DNA from: a bacterium UBP13_UBA5359
GTDB taxonomy: Bacteria; UBP13; UBA5359
NCBI GenBank assembly: GCA_002410925.1
Contig: DHPR01000033.1
Location: 392,397-456,396 of the forward strand
Direction: 5' to 3'
Length of the DNA stretch: 64,000 nucleotides
The position numbers and the translations under genes were made by a program. Numbering within the stretch: position 1 is the first letter of the stretch; every line of letters begins with the position of its first letter. This document shows positions 1-10,275 of this stretch, piece by piece. Below the pieces are notes generated by a model. It searched no databases and was not told the origin of the DNA. It was given only the letters and a program-made list of their open reading frames with translations.

Positions 1-348
1 TTCCAATCTTCCTCCACTGTATATAGGCTGATTCAACTGTAGTCCCAGATCATAGGAAGTGGAATTTACAGGAAATTCATTGGGTAGAAAGTGGCTGGCG
101 CTAGCCCCGGCGCCAACGGTAAATTTCTGCTGTGCCCTGGCCTGTGCCAATCTGTCGGCAGCAATATCCACCTTCTGTATTTCCGTGTTCAGCATCACAT
201 TTTTCTTCAGTGCCAGAGCTATACTCTCCGGCAATGTCAACGAAATAGTTGGCGTTGCCGATGCTTCGTCGGCAAAAGCTGCTGTTGCCGCTGCAAAAAA
301 GAATACTCCGGCCAGAGCAATAGATGCCGTCGTTCTGATCCTTATCAT
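1..348 (-). CDS. TolC-family outer membrane efflux protein, N-terminal part (runs off window edge; absent from the ORF track)
   Basis: Manual translation from ATG 348: MIRIRTTASIALAGVFFFAAATAAFA (signal peptide) DEASATPTISLTLPESIALALKKN...QARAQ...LQLNQPIYSGGRLE. The LTLxExIxLALxxN and QPIYxGG motifs are TolC/OEP-like. GAGGAGG RBS upstream; lies downstream of a TetR gene. Confidence 0.8.
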   Translation of the reverse strand, partial: MIRIRTTASIALAGVFFFAAATAAFADEASATPTISLTLPESIALALKKNVMLNTEIQKVDIAADRLAQARAQQKFTVGAGASASHFLPNEFPVNSTSYDLGLQLNQPIYSGGRLE

Positions 349-440
349 TTAAAAGAGCCTCCTCATTTCTTCATGCTCCATATTAAAAAGATTCGATTTC
401 AAGATACTTTGTACGCGATTTGCATATGGAAGACCACCCA

Positions 441-1025
441 TTATTGCATGCTTGAATCAGAACCGCGATCGATGATCAAATTACAAACAAAAGATGTTAT
501 CTCACTGCTGTTCCAGGTCGTTCCCTGCTTGTCATGCAACGTAAGGATATGAGCCATTCCAAATATGGCGCAAGCAGCCATTTCCGGTTGTCCTATTCCC
601 AAATTACCTCTGATTAAAATACCTTGCAAAGACCGCTGCATTCGTGTCACAATGCCCGGCAGTAGTTCATGCAAACGTTCACCCATGCCGGCCAATTCGC
701 GAAATGCTAATTTTATTATCGGTCCTCTGTTATGAGAAAAATCAACGTAATGCTTTATAAATCGGCGTAAAAGCACAGGCGGTTCTTCTTGTGCAGAAGC
801 GATTACTTCCAAGCCCTTCACCAATTGTTCCATATCATGAACTACCAGTGATAGATATAGGTCCTCCTTGCTCGAAAAATAGTAATAAATCGATGCTTTG
901 GAAATACCGGCGGCAGAGGATATTTCTCTCATGGATACACCCTTATATCCACTTTCCGCAAAGAGCTCTGCAGCGCACTTAATGATCCTATCTCTGGTAT
1001 AATCCGTTGCGTTTTCTTTTGCCAT
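441..1025 (-). CDS. TetR/AcrR family transcriptional regulator
   Basis: N-terminal HTH IIKCAAELFAESGYKGVSMREISSAAGISKASIYYYFSSKEDL. Start moved to ATG 1025, which follows a GGGGAGAAGG RBS. Confidence 0.92.
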   Translation of the reverse strand: MAKENATDYTRDRIIKCAAELFAESGYKGVSMREISSAAGISKASIYYYFSSKEDLYLSLVVHDMEQLVKGLEVIASAQEEPPVLLRRFIKHYVDFSHNRGPIIKLAFRELAGMGERLHELLPGIVTRMQRSLQGILIRGNLGIGQPEMAACAIFGMAHILTLHDKQGTTWNSSEITSFVCNLIIDRGSDSSMQ

Positions 1026-1053
1026 TATCCTTCTCCCCAAAAGATCAGGCCAC

Positions 1054-1089
1054 CTGTCCGTCTGACTGACCGGTCAGTCAGACGGACAG
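1054..1089. promoter_or_regulatory. Perfect 36-bp palindrome, likely TetR autoregulatory operator
   Basis: CTGTCCGTCTGACTGACC|GGTCAGTCAGACGGACAG lies immediately downstream of the -10 box of the tetR promoter. Confidence 0.75.
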
Positions 1090-1118
1090 ATTATATCTTT
1101 ATAGCGAACTATTGTCAA
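1090..1118 (-). promoter_or_regulatory. Consensus sigma70/sigmaA promoter for tetR-tolC
   Basis: Minus strand TTGACA (1118-1113), 17 bp spacer, TATAAT (1095-1090). Confidence 0.8.
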
Positions 1119-1163
1119 GCGTTATTTCCGTACGGAGCTGAACCCTCGGTGTTCCGGCGCCTG

Positions 1164-2315
1164 CTAAGCAGTATTCCTGATCATCCCGCCAATTATTAAA
1201 AGTCTTCCTATCCGCTCTGCTGCTGCAGCTACGGCCTGCTCTGCATTTTCAAGCGCTGTCTCCAAATTCATACACTCCGTTACACAGCTAACAGCTATCA
1301 GAAGATCGCTCCAGGAAGAGAAATCATTTGCAACCGATCCTCCCACGGCCACTACCGGTAAGCTCAATTGCTCCGCCACAGATATCACACCCGATAAAAC
1401 TTTACCACAAGCGGATTGGGCATCAATTCTTCCCTCGCCTGTAAGAATAAGATCTGCCGCCCCGGCCTTAGCTTTAAAATCGAGGACATCCATCGTCAGC
1501 TCAATACCCGACCGTAATTTTGCATTAAGAAAGGCCATAAGTCCTGCTCCAAGGCCACCGGCTGCACCCGAACCCGGTATCTCTGCTATATCCAAGCCTA
1601 ACTGGCGCTTGATTACGGAAGCTAAATTTGCCAAGCATTCATCAAGATATGCGGCTATCTCGGGTGTAGCTCCCTTCTGATAACTGTAGATATGCGCTGC
1701 TCCCTGCAAGCCGCAAAGCGGATTTTTGACGTCACTGGCAACCAGAATCTCCGTCTCCGATAGGCGGCTATCCAAGTTACTGATATCCAATCTATCCAGA
1801 CGGCACAGCTCGCCACCACCCATTCCCAGAGCGCAACCATTGCTATCGAGAAATCGAATGCCTAATGCCTGGGCCATTCCCATACCGCCATCGTTGGTGG
1901 CGCTGCCGCCTATACCTATAATTAAACGACGGCAACCTTCATCCAAAGCAGATCTGATTAGCTGTCCAGTGCCATAAGAAGTGGCTCTCACCGGATCTAG
2001 TTCTTCCCCGGACAGCAATGGTAATCCGGAGGCAGCTGCCATCTCTATGACAGCCGTCCGGCCATCTTCCAATTTGCCGTAAGAGGCTTCAATGGGTCTT
2101 CCTAGAGGGTCATCAACTTTTACCCTTACATATGTGCCACCCATCGCTCTAACCATGACATCTACCGTGCCTTCGCCGCCATCAGCCAGAGGCAAAAGGG
2201 TAGTATCGGCATCGGGGCAGGCCTTTTTAATGCCCTCTTCCATACATATAGCCGCTTCTATAGCAGATAAGCTACCTTTGAATGAATCCGGTGCTATTAA
2301 TACTTTTAATCGCAT
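1164..2315 (-). CDS. glxK: Glycerate kinase
   Basis: IAPDSFKGSL, PLADGGEGT, EMAAASGL, GGSATNDGG, GAAGG and TGEGRID motifs. Confidence 0.95.
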   Translation of the reverse strand: MRLKVLIAPDSFKGSLSAIEAAICMEEGIKKACPDADTTLLPLADGGEGTVDVMVRAMGGTYVRVKVDDPLGRPIEASYGKLEDGRTAVIEMAAASGLPLLSGEELDPVRATSYGTGQLIRSALDEGCRRLIIGIGGSATNDGGMGMAQALGIRFLDSNGCALGMGGGELCRLDRLDISNLDSRLSETEILVASDVKNPLCGLQGAAHIYSYQKGATPEIAAYLDECLANLASVIKRQLGLDIAEIPGSGAAGGLGAGLMAFLNAKLRSGIELTMDVLDFKAKAGAADLILTGEGRIDAQSACGKVLSGVISVAEQLSLPVVAVGGSVANDFSSWSDLLIAVSCVTECMNLETALENAEQAVAAAAERIGRLLIIGGMIRNTA

Positions 2316-2680
2316 CTTCTTATTCTAACCCTCATTCCTGTGATCACATTTTTGAGTATTTTGAGATCGCCTTCAATCCTACCGATAATATTGACAGGAC
2401 TGGCCGGGCGTATTTCATTGCCTATGCTGGCAGGCGTAATTCCAAAAAAAATACAGAAGGCACGGCCCGGAGGCCAGTAAGCAATATCACCTGCACTCAC
2501 CGTTGATTTGCTATTCTCCTCATTCATATTTATAGGTACAGAGAAATAAATTTCTCCTCCCCAAGTGGTAGCCTTCGTTTCAATCGGAAGCACTTCCCAA
2601 AGCTTCCGAGCAGTTGCCGAGTCATTAAGAGTTGCCGTAACGCTTATATTGCCGCAATGTATATTGATTTGTCCCCCCAT
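2306..2680 (-). CDS. Cyclophilin-like fold protein (DUF369/TM1367-like)
   Basis: TWGGEIYF, GDIAYWPPGRAFCIFFG and PASPVNIIG motifs. Confidence 0.85.
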   Translation of the reverse strand: MGGQINIHCGNISVTATLNDSATARKLWEVLPIETKATTWGGEIYFSVPINMNEENSKSTVSAGDIAYWPPGRAFCIFFGITPASIGNEIRPASPVNIIGRIEGDLKILKNVITGMRVRIRRCD

Positions 2681-2732
2681 GACTGATCGCGCCCTTCATT
2701 GTATTCTTCTGTATTCTTTTCAGGAGTGATAA

Positions 2733-3140
2733 TCAGATTGCTCTACGCCCTGTGGTTGATACTTGCAACAGCTTACCTACCAGCCATAATCTAAAGTTTA
2801 TATCTGTTTCATACATCTCAACCAGCGACCGTATAGCAGAGAGCCGTGTTGAATCTATTGCCAGAGAGTATATCAACCCCCTGTTATTACATACTTCGCT
2901 ATCGAATATGCCTGCTGCGACCATCTCATGCATAGCGTCAGAGATCTCTGCTTCCTGCCTGCCGATCTCTTCAGCTAGCGCTACGATGGTAGAATGAGCA
3001 GTTACATCCCGCATATAGTACAGCAGTATGTCCAGAGCGGCAAAAGAGTGGATAGCCTCCTCAACAAGGCCAACCACTTCTATTCCTATTCTTGATAGAA
3101 ATCGTGCAATCAGTACGTCCTGAGGCAAAGGAAACAGCAC
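2733..3140 (-). CDS. Hypothetical protein, possible winged-helix fold
   Basis: 135-aa ORF with GAGG RBS; helix pattern LAEEIGRQEAEISDAMHEMVAAGIF followed by a beta hairpin. Confidence 0.55.
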   Translation of the reverse strand: MLFPLPQDVLIARFLSRIGIEVVGLVEEAIHSFAALDILLYYMRDVTAHSTIVALAEEIGRQEAEISDAMHEMVAAGIFDSEVCNNRGLIYSLAIDSTRLSAIRSLVEMYETDINFRLWLVGKLLQVSTTGRRAI

Positions 3141-3338
3141 CTCTCAAATGCATTAATCAACGATGATCTATTGCTTTGATATTATAACCTGCTTCTAAAT
3201 GGCCTTTATGATAAAGATACGATTACGCCGAAATGGATTTCCTTTACCGTTATGTTTATTCGACAGTATTATCCGTTAATCCTTTTGATGCTAAAACGAA
3301 GAAGCTGTTTGTAGCTTTCCCGGCCTCGAAAAAGCTCC

Positions 3339-3551
3339 TCAGAGTGCCTCCCTAAGGCGGATAACATTCTTGGCTTGCAAACCTTTATCGCCTTGCATAA
3401 GATCAAAATCGACGGTATCTCCCTTTGTGAGACTTTTAAAACCATTTCCTTGAATTGCCGAGAAGTGAACAAAAATGTCCTCGGCCCTATCTGCCTCAAT
3501 AAAACCGTAGCCTTTGGCAGCATCAAACCATTTGACCTTGCCGATACTCAT
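3339..3551 (-). CDS. cspA: Cold-shock protein (CspA family)
   Basis: GKVKWF, KGYGFI (RNP1), DIFVHFSAI (RNP2), KGLQAKNV. Confidence 0.95.
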   Translation of the reverse strand: MSIGKVKWFDAAKGYGFIEADRAEDIFVHFSAIQGNGFKSLTKGDTVDFDLMQGDKGLQAKNVIRLREAL

Positions 3552-3632
3552 GAACGACTTTCTCCTTTCACCGGTTTACATTATTTAAAGAAATTCTACC
3601 CATAAGAGCCATCGCTTAAACATCAGGGGAAT

Positions 3633-3661
3633 TTGCACCTCAAAATTTATGATGATATAAT
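3633..3661 (+). promoter_or_regulatory. sigma70-type promoter of zinc-ribbon gene (extended -10)
   Basis: TTGCAC (3633-3638), 17 bp spacer, TGA-TATAAT (-10 at 3656-3661). Confidence 0.6.
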
Positions 3662-3780
3662 TATTTAATCGTAAGCATAGAGATGGCTGGGTTAGGTTTG
3701 TCGTGCCATTTTTTGAACCAATCGCCCGCCTCAAGCCATGTCTGTATGCCGAAACCATGACTTGAGGAAGGAGGAAGATC

Positions 3781-4062
3781 ATGTATCAGGACAAAACTAT
3801 GACTTGCCGTGACTGCAGCAATGAGTTTGTGTTCACCGCTGGTGAGCAGGAATTCTATGCCTCCAAGGGCTTTGAGAACGAACCGTCTCGTTGCCCTGAG
3901 TGCCGCACAGCCCGCAAGCAGAGCCGCAACGCTTACGGTCAACCGCGACAGATGTTTACAGCAACATGCACAACCTGCGGCAACGAAGCTGAAGTGCCTT
4001 TCAAGCCTCATCCTGACAAACCGGTTTATTGCCGGGATTGCTATCAGGCAAAGAGCGAATGA
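3781..4062 (+). CDS. Zinc-ribbon protein (zf-trcl plus CxxC-x17-CxxC domain)
   Basis: DKTMTCRDC...FVFTAGEQEFY...PSRCPEC and CTTC...VPFKP...PVYCRDC; AAGGAGG RBS. Confidence 0.9.
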   Translation: MYQDKTMTCRDCSNEFVFTAGEQEFYASKGFENEPSRCPECRTARKQSRNAYGQPRQMFTATCTTCGNEAEVPFKPHPDKPVYCRDCYQAKSE

Positions 4063-4079
4063 ACTTCGGTATCTAACAC

Positions 4080-4111
4080 AAAAAAGCGGGGAAGAAGCGC
4101 CCCGCTTTTTT
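4080..4111. terminator. Bidirectional intrinsic terminator
   Basis: AAAAAAGCGGGG-loop-CCCCGCTTTTTT between the convergent zinc-ribbon and prfB genes. Confidence 0.85.
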
Positions 4112-4128
4112 GTGTTTTTCCATATCTC

Positions 4129-5221
4129 TTAAGCTTCACTTTGCTGTTTTAAATATGCCCATATAAATCTATCGAGATCTCCATCCATTATAGCCTGTAC
4201 ATTTCCCGCTTCTTCTCCGGTACGATGATCCTTTATCAAGCTGTATGGATGAAAGACATAAGACCTGATCTGGCTACCCCAGGCTATCTCTTTCTGCTGC
4301 CCGCGCACTTCTGCCAGTTCTCGTTCTTTCTCCTCCCTTTGGCGTTCATAGAGCCGGGCTTTTAGAATCCTTATCGCAGTCTCTCTATTCTGATGCTGCG
4401 ACCTCTCGGATTGACATTGAGCCACCGTTCCGGTAGGTAGATGCGTTATACGCACAGCGGAATCGGTCTTGTTAACATGCTGCCCGCCTGCACCTGCAGC
4501 CCTATAAGTATCAATCCGCAAATCATCGGAATTTATATTTACTTCCATCTCTTCTTCTACCTGCGGAATTACCTCCACCGATGCAAAAGAGGTATGCCTG
4601 CGCTTGGCTGCATCGAATGGTGAAATCCGTACAAGCCTGTGAACGCCTCTTTCACATTTCAAATGGCCAAAGGCATTGAAGCCATTTATCATAATAGTCG
4701 CACTTCTGATGCCGGCACCATCTCCGGGTGTAATATCCGTCAATTCCATGCCATAGCCGCGCTTCTCCGCCCAGCGAAGATACATTCGCAACAGCATTTC
4801 CGCCCAATCGCACGATTCAGTGCCACCGGCACCCGCATGAACGGTTAATATCGCATCCGACTGATCGTGCTTCCCGCTGAGAAATGAACTTAATTCACTT
4901 TCATCTATACATTGCTCCAGTTCTTTTAGACCGCCTTCCATCTCTGCTATGATTTCCGTGTCATCCTCCTCAGCCAATTCCAAAAGGATACCTATATCCT
5001 CCGCTTTGGCAATCAGATGATTCACCGGTTCAATTTCCGCTTTAAGGGCGGTGAGACGTTGCATGACCTTTTGTGCCTCATCAGGCTCATTCCAAAAATC
5101 GGGTTGCGCTATCTCCCCTTCCAGTTTTTCTATCTCCAGCTTGTGTGGGTCAAAGACGCCTCCTAAGATCTTCTATGCGATTCATCGCTTCGTAATGCGC
5201 GCTCCTTATCTCTGCCAGCAT
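4129..5221 (-). CDS. prfB: Peptide chain release factor 2 with programmed +1 frameshift
   Basis: SPF and GGQ motifs in the main frame. An upstream frame MLAEIRSAHYEAMNRIEDLRRRL from ATG 5221 ends at AGGAGG-CGT-CTT-TGA-C, and the +1 frame continues DPHKLEIEKLEGEIAQPDFW. Confidence 0.95.
5149..5164 (-). other. prfB frameshift signal (internal SD AGGAGG plus CTT TGA C)
   Basis: Minus strand reads AGGAGGCGTCTTTGAC, the canonical RF2 autoregulatory site. Confidence 0.93.
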
Positions 5222-5433
5222 GTTAACTTCCTCCCGGTTTATTTTTGTCAATTTTTTATCTTCACTGGCTAAGCCAAATAGTTATTGTTCTCTTCTGTGC
5301 CACATCTTGCCCAACCCTGATAATTTGAGAATCTCAACAGAGCTCCGGCCTTGCTTAATCGGGGCTAAGATGCAGACGGGGAGCCATTTATGCTCGTATG
5401 GAAGGCCCGGCTATGCTGTCCTCCATCTCGTAT

Positions 5434-7959
5434 CTAAGCGCCGCAGCAACGCTTGTATTTCTTGCCGCTGCCGCAAGGGCAGGGATCGTTTCTGCCAACC
5501 TTGCCGGCCTCATTATATACCGTAGACGGCTTTGACGGCTCATCGCTTGCACCGTAAGTTACCGGTCGATACATACTCCTCTGCTCCGTTACTACCTGAA
5601 CACGATAGACATAGCGTACCGTATCCTCCATTATGCCTATCTTCATACCGTCGAACATATCAAAGGCTTCTCTCTGATAGGCTATCAAGGGGTCAATCTG
5701 CCCGTAAGCGCGTAGATTGATGCCCTCGCGCAGCTCATCCATGTTATAGAGATGGTCTATCCATTTGCTGTCTATGGCGCGCAGAATAACCATCCGTTCT
5801 AATTCACGAAGCAACTCCAATCCCAGCTCTTCCTCACGCCTGTTATAAGCGGATAGAGCGATGGCAGTGACCTCTTCCGCAATCTCATCGCGTAGCTTTC
5901 CTTTGAGATTACCGACGCCTATGCTTCCCTCCAGAGGAAATATAGACCGCAGGCTCTCATAGAGAGCGGAGATATCCCACTCTTCCATAGGAATGGATTG
6001 TGGCGTATACAGATCAACCTCGCGCTCTATCAGCATTCCGATATAATCGATGATGTTAGCATGAAGATCTGCCCCCTGAAGCGCCTTGCGGCGCTCTTCA
6101 TAAATGATCCGGCGCTGCTCATTCATTACATCATCATATTGCAGTACGTGCTTTCGAATGCTGAAGTTATGTTCCTCCACCTTACGCTGTGCATTCTCCA
6201 TGGCCTTGCTGATCCAGGGATGCTCAATCGGCTGATCCTCTTCAAGACCTAGCCTTTCCATAATACCGGATATCCTCTCTCCACCAAACAATCTCATCAA
6301 TTCATCTTCAAGAGAGACAAAGAACTTCGAAGCACCCGGATCTCCCTGGCGCCCTGATCGGCCGCGCAACTGATTATCTATACGGCGGCTCTCATGACGC
6401 TCCGTGCCGATTACATACAGACCGCCTGCATCCCTTACTCTGTCAGCCGCCTCGGCATTAACCGGATTACCGCCTAACAAAATATCCACACCGCGCCCGG
6501 CCATATTAGTAGCAATAGTAACGGCACTGGGGCGACCTGCCTGAGCAATGATTTCCGCCTCCCGCTCATGATGCTTGGCGTTCAGCACCTGATGTTCCAC
6601 GCCACGGCGCTTCAGCATATCGCTCAAACGTTCTGATTTTTCGATAGAACGCGTGCCCACCAGCACCGGCTGTCCTCCGCCCTGAGCGGCGATGATCTCT
6701 TCTACTACAGCCCTGAACTTGGAATTCTCCGTTTTATAGATTACATCGGCATGATCATTCCTGATCATAGGCATGTTCGTAGGGACTATAACTACTTCAA
6801 GCCCATATATCTTTACAAATTCGTTCTCTTCCGTTTTAGCGGTTCCGGTCATTCCTGCCAGTTTATCATAAAGCCGAAAATAATTTTGGAAAGTTATAGT
6901 CGCGAGCGTCTGGCTCTCATGCTCTATTTTTACATTCTCTTTGGCCTCTATAGCTTGATGCAAACCATCACTATAGCGTCGCCCGAACATCAGCCGCCCG
7001 GTAAATTCATCAACTATTATTATTCGGCCATCTTTAATGACATAATCGACATCTCTCTTAAAGATATATCTTGCTTTTAGCGCCTGTTCCACATGATGAT
7101 TGATCTCTATGTTCTCAGAGTCGGACAGGTTATCAATGCTCAGCAGAGCCTCAACCTTAGCGATACCATCCTCGGTAAGAGTTACGGTTCTCTCCTTCTC
7201 ATGAATCTCGTAATCCTTTTGAGCATGCAATCTGGCTATAACCCTATCCACCTTGTAATAGAGCTCGGTAGGCTTATCACTAATACCGGAAATAATCAAT
7301 GGCGTCCTGGCCTCATCGATAAGGATCGAATCCACCTCATCAACTATGGCATAATTCAATTCCCGCTGCACCATTTCAGCGGGATCAGCCACCATGTTAT
7401 CCCTGAGATAATCAAATCCAAATTCATTATTGGTACCGTAAGTAATATCTGCATTATAAGCGGTACGCCGTTGTTCACCATCCATATCATGCTGAATAAC
7501 GCCCATAGACATACCCAGCATTTCAAAAACAGGACGCATCCATTCACAGTCACGCCGCGCCAGATAATCGTTTACGGTAACCACATGCACACCACGTCCG
7601 GTCAAAGCATTGAGAAATGCCGGTAATGTTGCCACCAGCGTTTTACCCTCGCCGGTCTTCATTTCAGCAATCTTACGATTGTGCAGTACTATGCCGCCCA
7701 GCAACTGAACATCGAAATGGCGCAGGCCGATAGTACGTACCGAGGCCTCACGTACTAATGCAAAGGCTTCAGGCAAAACAGAATCCAGGTCATCACCATT
7801 TGACAGACGCTTTTTCAATTCCGCCGTCCTGGCCTTCAGCCCATCATCAGTCAATGCCTTAATTTCAGGTTCCAGAGCGTTAATAATCCTTACTATCGCC
7901 TTTCCCTGTGCTAATTCCTTCTCACCGCTATCGAATATCCGCTTTAAAAGCGCCAGCAT
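5434..7959 (-). CDS. secA: Preprotein translocase ATPase SecA
   Basis: [34 protein letters not shown] and the C-terminal SEC-C motif [18 protein letters not shown]. Confidence 0.98.
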   Translation of the reverse strand: MLALLKRIFDSGEKELAQGKAIVRIINALEPEIKALTDDGLKARTAELKKRLSNGDDLDSVLPEAFALVREASVRTIGLRHFDVQLLGGIVLHNRKIAEMKTGEGKTLVATLPAFLNALTGRGVHVVTVNDYLARRDCEWMRPVFEMLGMSMGVIQHDMDGEQRRTAYNADITYGTNNEFGFDYLRDNMVADPAEMVQRELNYAIVDEVDSILIDEARTPLIISGISDKPTELYYKVDRVIARLHAQKDYEIHEKERTVTLTEDGIAKVEALLSIDNLSDSENIEINHHVEQALKARYIFKRDVDYVIKDGRIIIVDEFTGRLMFGRRYSDGLHQAIEAKENVKIEHESQTLATITFQNYFRLYDKLAGMTGTAKTEENEFVKIYGLEVVIVPTNMPMIRNDHADVIYKTENSKFRAVVEEIIAAQGGGQPVLVGTRSIEKSERLSDMLKRRGVEHQVLNAKHHEREAEIIAQAGRPSAVTIATNMAGRGVDILLGGNPVNAEAADRVRDAGGLYVIGTERHESRRIDNQLRGRSGRQGDPGASKFFVSLEDELMRLFGGERISGIMERLGLEEDQPIEHPWISKAMENAQRKVEEHNFSIRKHVLQYDDVMNEQRRIIYEERRKALQGADLHANIIDYIGMLIEREVDLYTPQSIPMEEWDISALYESLRSIFPLEGSIGVGNLKGKLRDEIAEEVTAIALSAYNRREEELGLELLRELERMVILRAIDSKWIDHLYNMDELREGINLRAYGQIDPLIAYQREAFDMFDGMKIGIMEDTVRYVYRVQVVTEQRSMYRPVTYGASDEPSKPSTVYNEAGKVGRNDPCPCGSGKKYKRCCGA

Positions 7960-8056
7960 ACTTATACTCCCTCTTAATCTCTATAAAAACAAAGAAGCTG
8001 TCAGCAACAAGCTTTCAGCTTTCGACGCGATAATTATAACATAGAGAAAATTAAAA

Positions 8057-8102
8057 TTGAAGCGGAAGCCCCCGTTGTGCTTCCGGGGGCTTCCGCTTCA
8101 AA
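8057..8102 (-). terminator. Intrinsic terminator after ompM copy 1
   Basis: TTGAAGCGGAAGCCCCCG / CGGGGGCTTCCGCTTCAA inverted repeat, followed by a T-rich tract on the minus strand. Confidence 0.8.
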
Positions 8103-8118
8103 ATCGGATCTTGCAACA

Positions 8119-10179
8119 TTAGAATTTCACGCTTAAGGTAGCCTTTGTTACATTTGAAGAGCTGTTAAACTCCGGCACATTGTCCGTATAATCCAGTATA
8201 AAATACTGCAACGCCAGTATGCTGTCAGCACTGAATCGGTATGCAATACCGAATGATGTAGTGTTCTGCCGACCATCTACATCGAACGACGATATTGCAG
8301 GTTCGCCGTTAGTAAATATATCCGTTCCATCAGCTGTAACCTTACGCTGTTTAAACGCAGCCAGCACTGTGAAGGAATCGGAAAGATCAAGTGCCAGAGA
8401 GGCCATTATGGTCTGGAAAACTCCATTTTCCAGAGTGGTTGCCAGCGTTCCCGGCACAGGGCTGATAATCTCAGTAGTATTTGTGGCCGAATCGATCTGA
8501 GAGAGCCGTTCATACCCCAGCGCAGATCTGAAGGCTCCATCCTCTGCTCCGCGAAGCAGCAGAGGTGATATCGGGTTTAAAAGATCGGGCCTGGCGGCAT
8601 TAAAGCCAACGGTAGCTCCATAACCTCTGATATTGTTATTAAGATCGTATCGGGGCACTGTGAGCGGATAAAAGAGATTAGGCTGCTGGCCGAAATAGAG
8701 AATGCGCCTGGCAGGATCAAGCAATCCGCCCATTCCCGGATCATGTCCGTTAAATAAAGTTGCAGCAGCCGGATCGCCATAATAAGCAATGAAGGGATCT
8801 GTAACTCCACCGATCTTAAGATAATAGGCATCCACCGGCCCAACTATTGCTCCAACTTTATAAGCGTTGCCGCTGGTCGTATCCCCACTTATAATATTCT
8901 CATTACGGCTATCGGCAAACTCACCATAGATTCCTAAGCTACCGGCTACCAGATCTGCATTGATACCCCAGACACGATTTTTAAAGGCCGGTAAGGCGCC
9001 TGTGTCAACTATGATGGGAGCGTCGGCATCATCATCGTTAACAAAAACGTAATTGCCGGCCACTCCTAATGTATTGCTCAACTTAACGGCCGCCCGAGCG
9101 CCGAATAAGGTCTGGTCATATTGAGGTTCGTTGATATCCCGGTCACGCGTATCGCTGATCAGAAGCTGCGTATCAAAGATTCCCAGATTGGTGCTAAGTT
9201 TGGCGCCATTAAAATACCAATAATTGTAGAACGCCGGAATCTGTTCAAGTATGCTCTCACTGCCGTTAGCCAGAGTAAAAGGCGTGAATTCAGCATTGAA
9301 AATACCAAGATCCAGCCTGGCATCGCCACTGGTCAGAAAGATGCCCAGATTTGTATCAAAGTTATCGAGATTGGCATCTGTTAAATCCTCATTGACAGCA
9401 AAGACCCGGGCGCCTATGCCCAGACTTCCGGTTAAGCCTGCTCCTACCATGATATCAAAAGCAGCCCCTGAGCTGAAACCTTCTACCAGTGGACGGTCAT
9501 ACTCATTGACCAACAGATCTTCAAAACCTGGCGTTACATCTGTTACACTGACATTGCGGGCTGCCACACCACCAATCATATCGAACAATATGCCCCCTGC
9601 AGGCCGCTGCTCAAGCCGTGTAACTCTCTCCTCCAGCTTGCCGACTCTACTCTCTAGAGCAGCAAGACGTCTTTGCGCTTCATCAACACGGACACCGAGA
9701 GCAGTCAGGTCAGTGCGCAGGTTATCTACCAACCTCTGCAGCCTGGCGATATCCTCCTTGGTAGCCAGATTTGCCAGGCGATTTTCAAATTCAGTCTTGG
9801 TCAGATAGTTGTTCAAAGTATTCTGTAACTCTGCCTTGGTAGGATAATTATTGAGCGTCGTCTGTAATTCCGCCTTTGTCGGATAATTTTTCAGGGTATT
9901 CTGCAGCTCGGTCCTGGTAATAAAATTAGATGTATCGCCGTCGCTAGGTAGGTTCTTCAATAATCTGGACAGAACAACCGCCAGTTCATAGCGAGTCACC
10001 GCTCTGTCACCACGAAAGCTGTCGTCGGGGTAGCCGACGAATATACCTCGATTGTAAAGATCACGCACAGCTTCCACAGCCCAGTGATCGGCCGGCACAT
10101 CAGACGGCACCTCTGCTGACGCCGGTATGATGGTCGCCAATAATAACAGCGCCATCATCAATAGAAGATATTTTCTCAT
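8119..10179 (-). CDS. ompM: SLH-domain outer membrane porin/tether (OmpM/SlpA-like), copy 1
   Basis: Signal peptide; SLH domain DVPADHWA...GYPDDSFRGDRAVTRYELA; coiled coil; beta-strand-rich C-terminal region ending in Phe (TLSVKF). Confidence 0.85.
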   Translation of the reverse strand: MRKYLLLMMALLLLATIIPASAEVPSDVPADHWAVEAVRDLYNRGIFVGYPDDSFRGDRAVTRYELAVVLSRLLKNLPSDGDTSNFITRTELQNTLKNYPTKAELQTTLNNYPTKAELQNTLNNYLTKTEFENRLANLATKEDIARLQRLVDNLRTDLTALGVRVDEAQRRLAALESRVGKLEERVTRLEQRPAGGILFDMIGGVAARNVSVTDVTPGFEDLLVNEYDRPLVEGFSSGAAFDIMVGAGLTGSLGIGARVFAVNEDLTDANLDNFDTNLGIFLTSGDARLDLGIFNAEFTPFTLANGSESILEQIPAFYNYWYFNGAKLSTNLGIFDTQLLISDTRDRDINEPQYDQTLFGARAAVKLSNTLGVAGNYVFVNDDDADAPIIVDTGALPAFKNRVWGINADLVAGSLGIYGEFADSRNENIISGDTTSGNAYKVGAIVGPVDAYYLKIGGVTDPFIAYYGDPAAATLFNGHDPGMGGLLDPARRILYFGQQPNLFYPLTVPRYDLNNNIRGYGATVGFNAARPDLLNPISPLLLRGAEDGAFRSALGYERLSQIDSATNTTEIISPVPGTLATTLENGVFQTIMASLALDLSDSFTVLAAFKQRKVTADGTDIFTNGEPAISSFDVDGRQNTTSFGIAYRFSADSILALQYFILDYTDNVPEFNSSSNVTKATLSVKF
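9751..9930 (-). repeat. Tandem 13-aa (39-bp) degenerate repeats in the OmpM stalk
   Basis: NFITRTELQNTLK/NYPTKAELQTTLN/NYPTKAELQNTLN/NYLTKTEFENRLA/NLATKED. Confidence 0.85.
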
Positions 10180-10275
10180 TTTCCCCCTCCTTCATAAAAT
10201 TATCGGATGTTTCCATGTTTCCACCCGAATGATGGATATTTATACCCATTTAGGAGGGAAAATAATCAGAGGGCA

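Noticed and set aside
4129-5064. prfB as an N-terminally truncated pseudogene
   Set aside because: Explained by the canonical programmed frameshift.
5222-5433. Possible ncRNA in the secA-prfB intergenic region
   Set aside because: No recognisable RNA family motif or convincing long stem by eye; an Rfam scan would be needed.
9751-9930. CRISPR-like array from the 39-bp periodicity
   Set aside because: The repeats are degenerate, in frame and protein-coding, with no unique spacers or cas genes. No CRISPR array was seen in the window.
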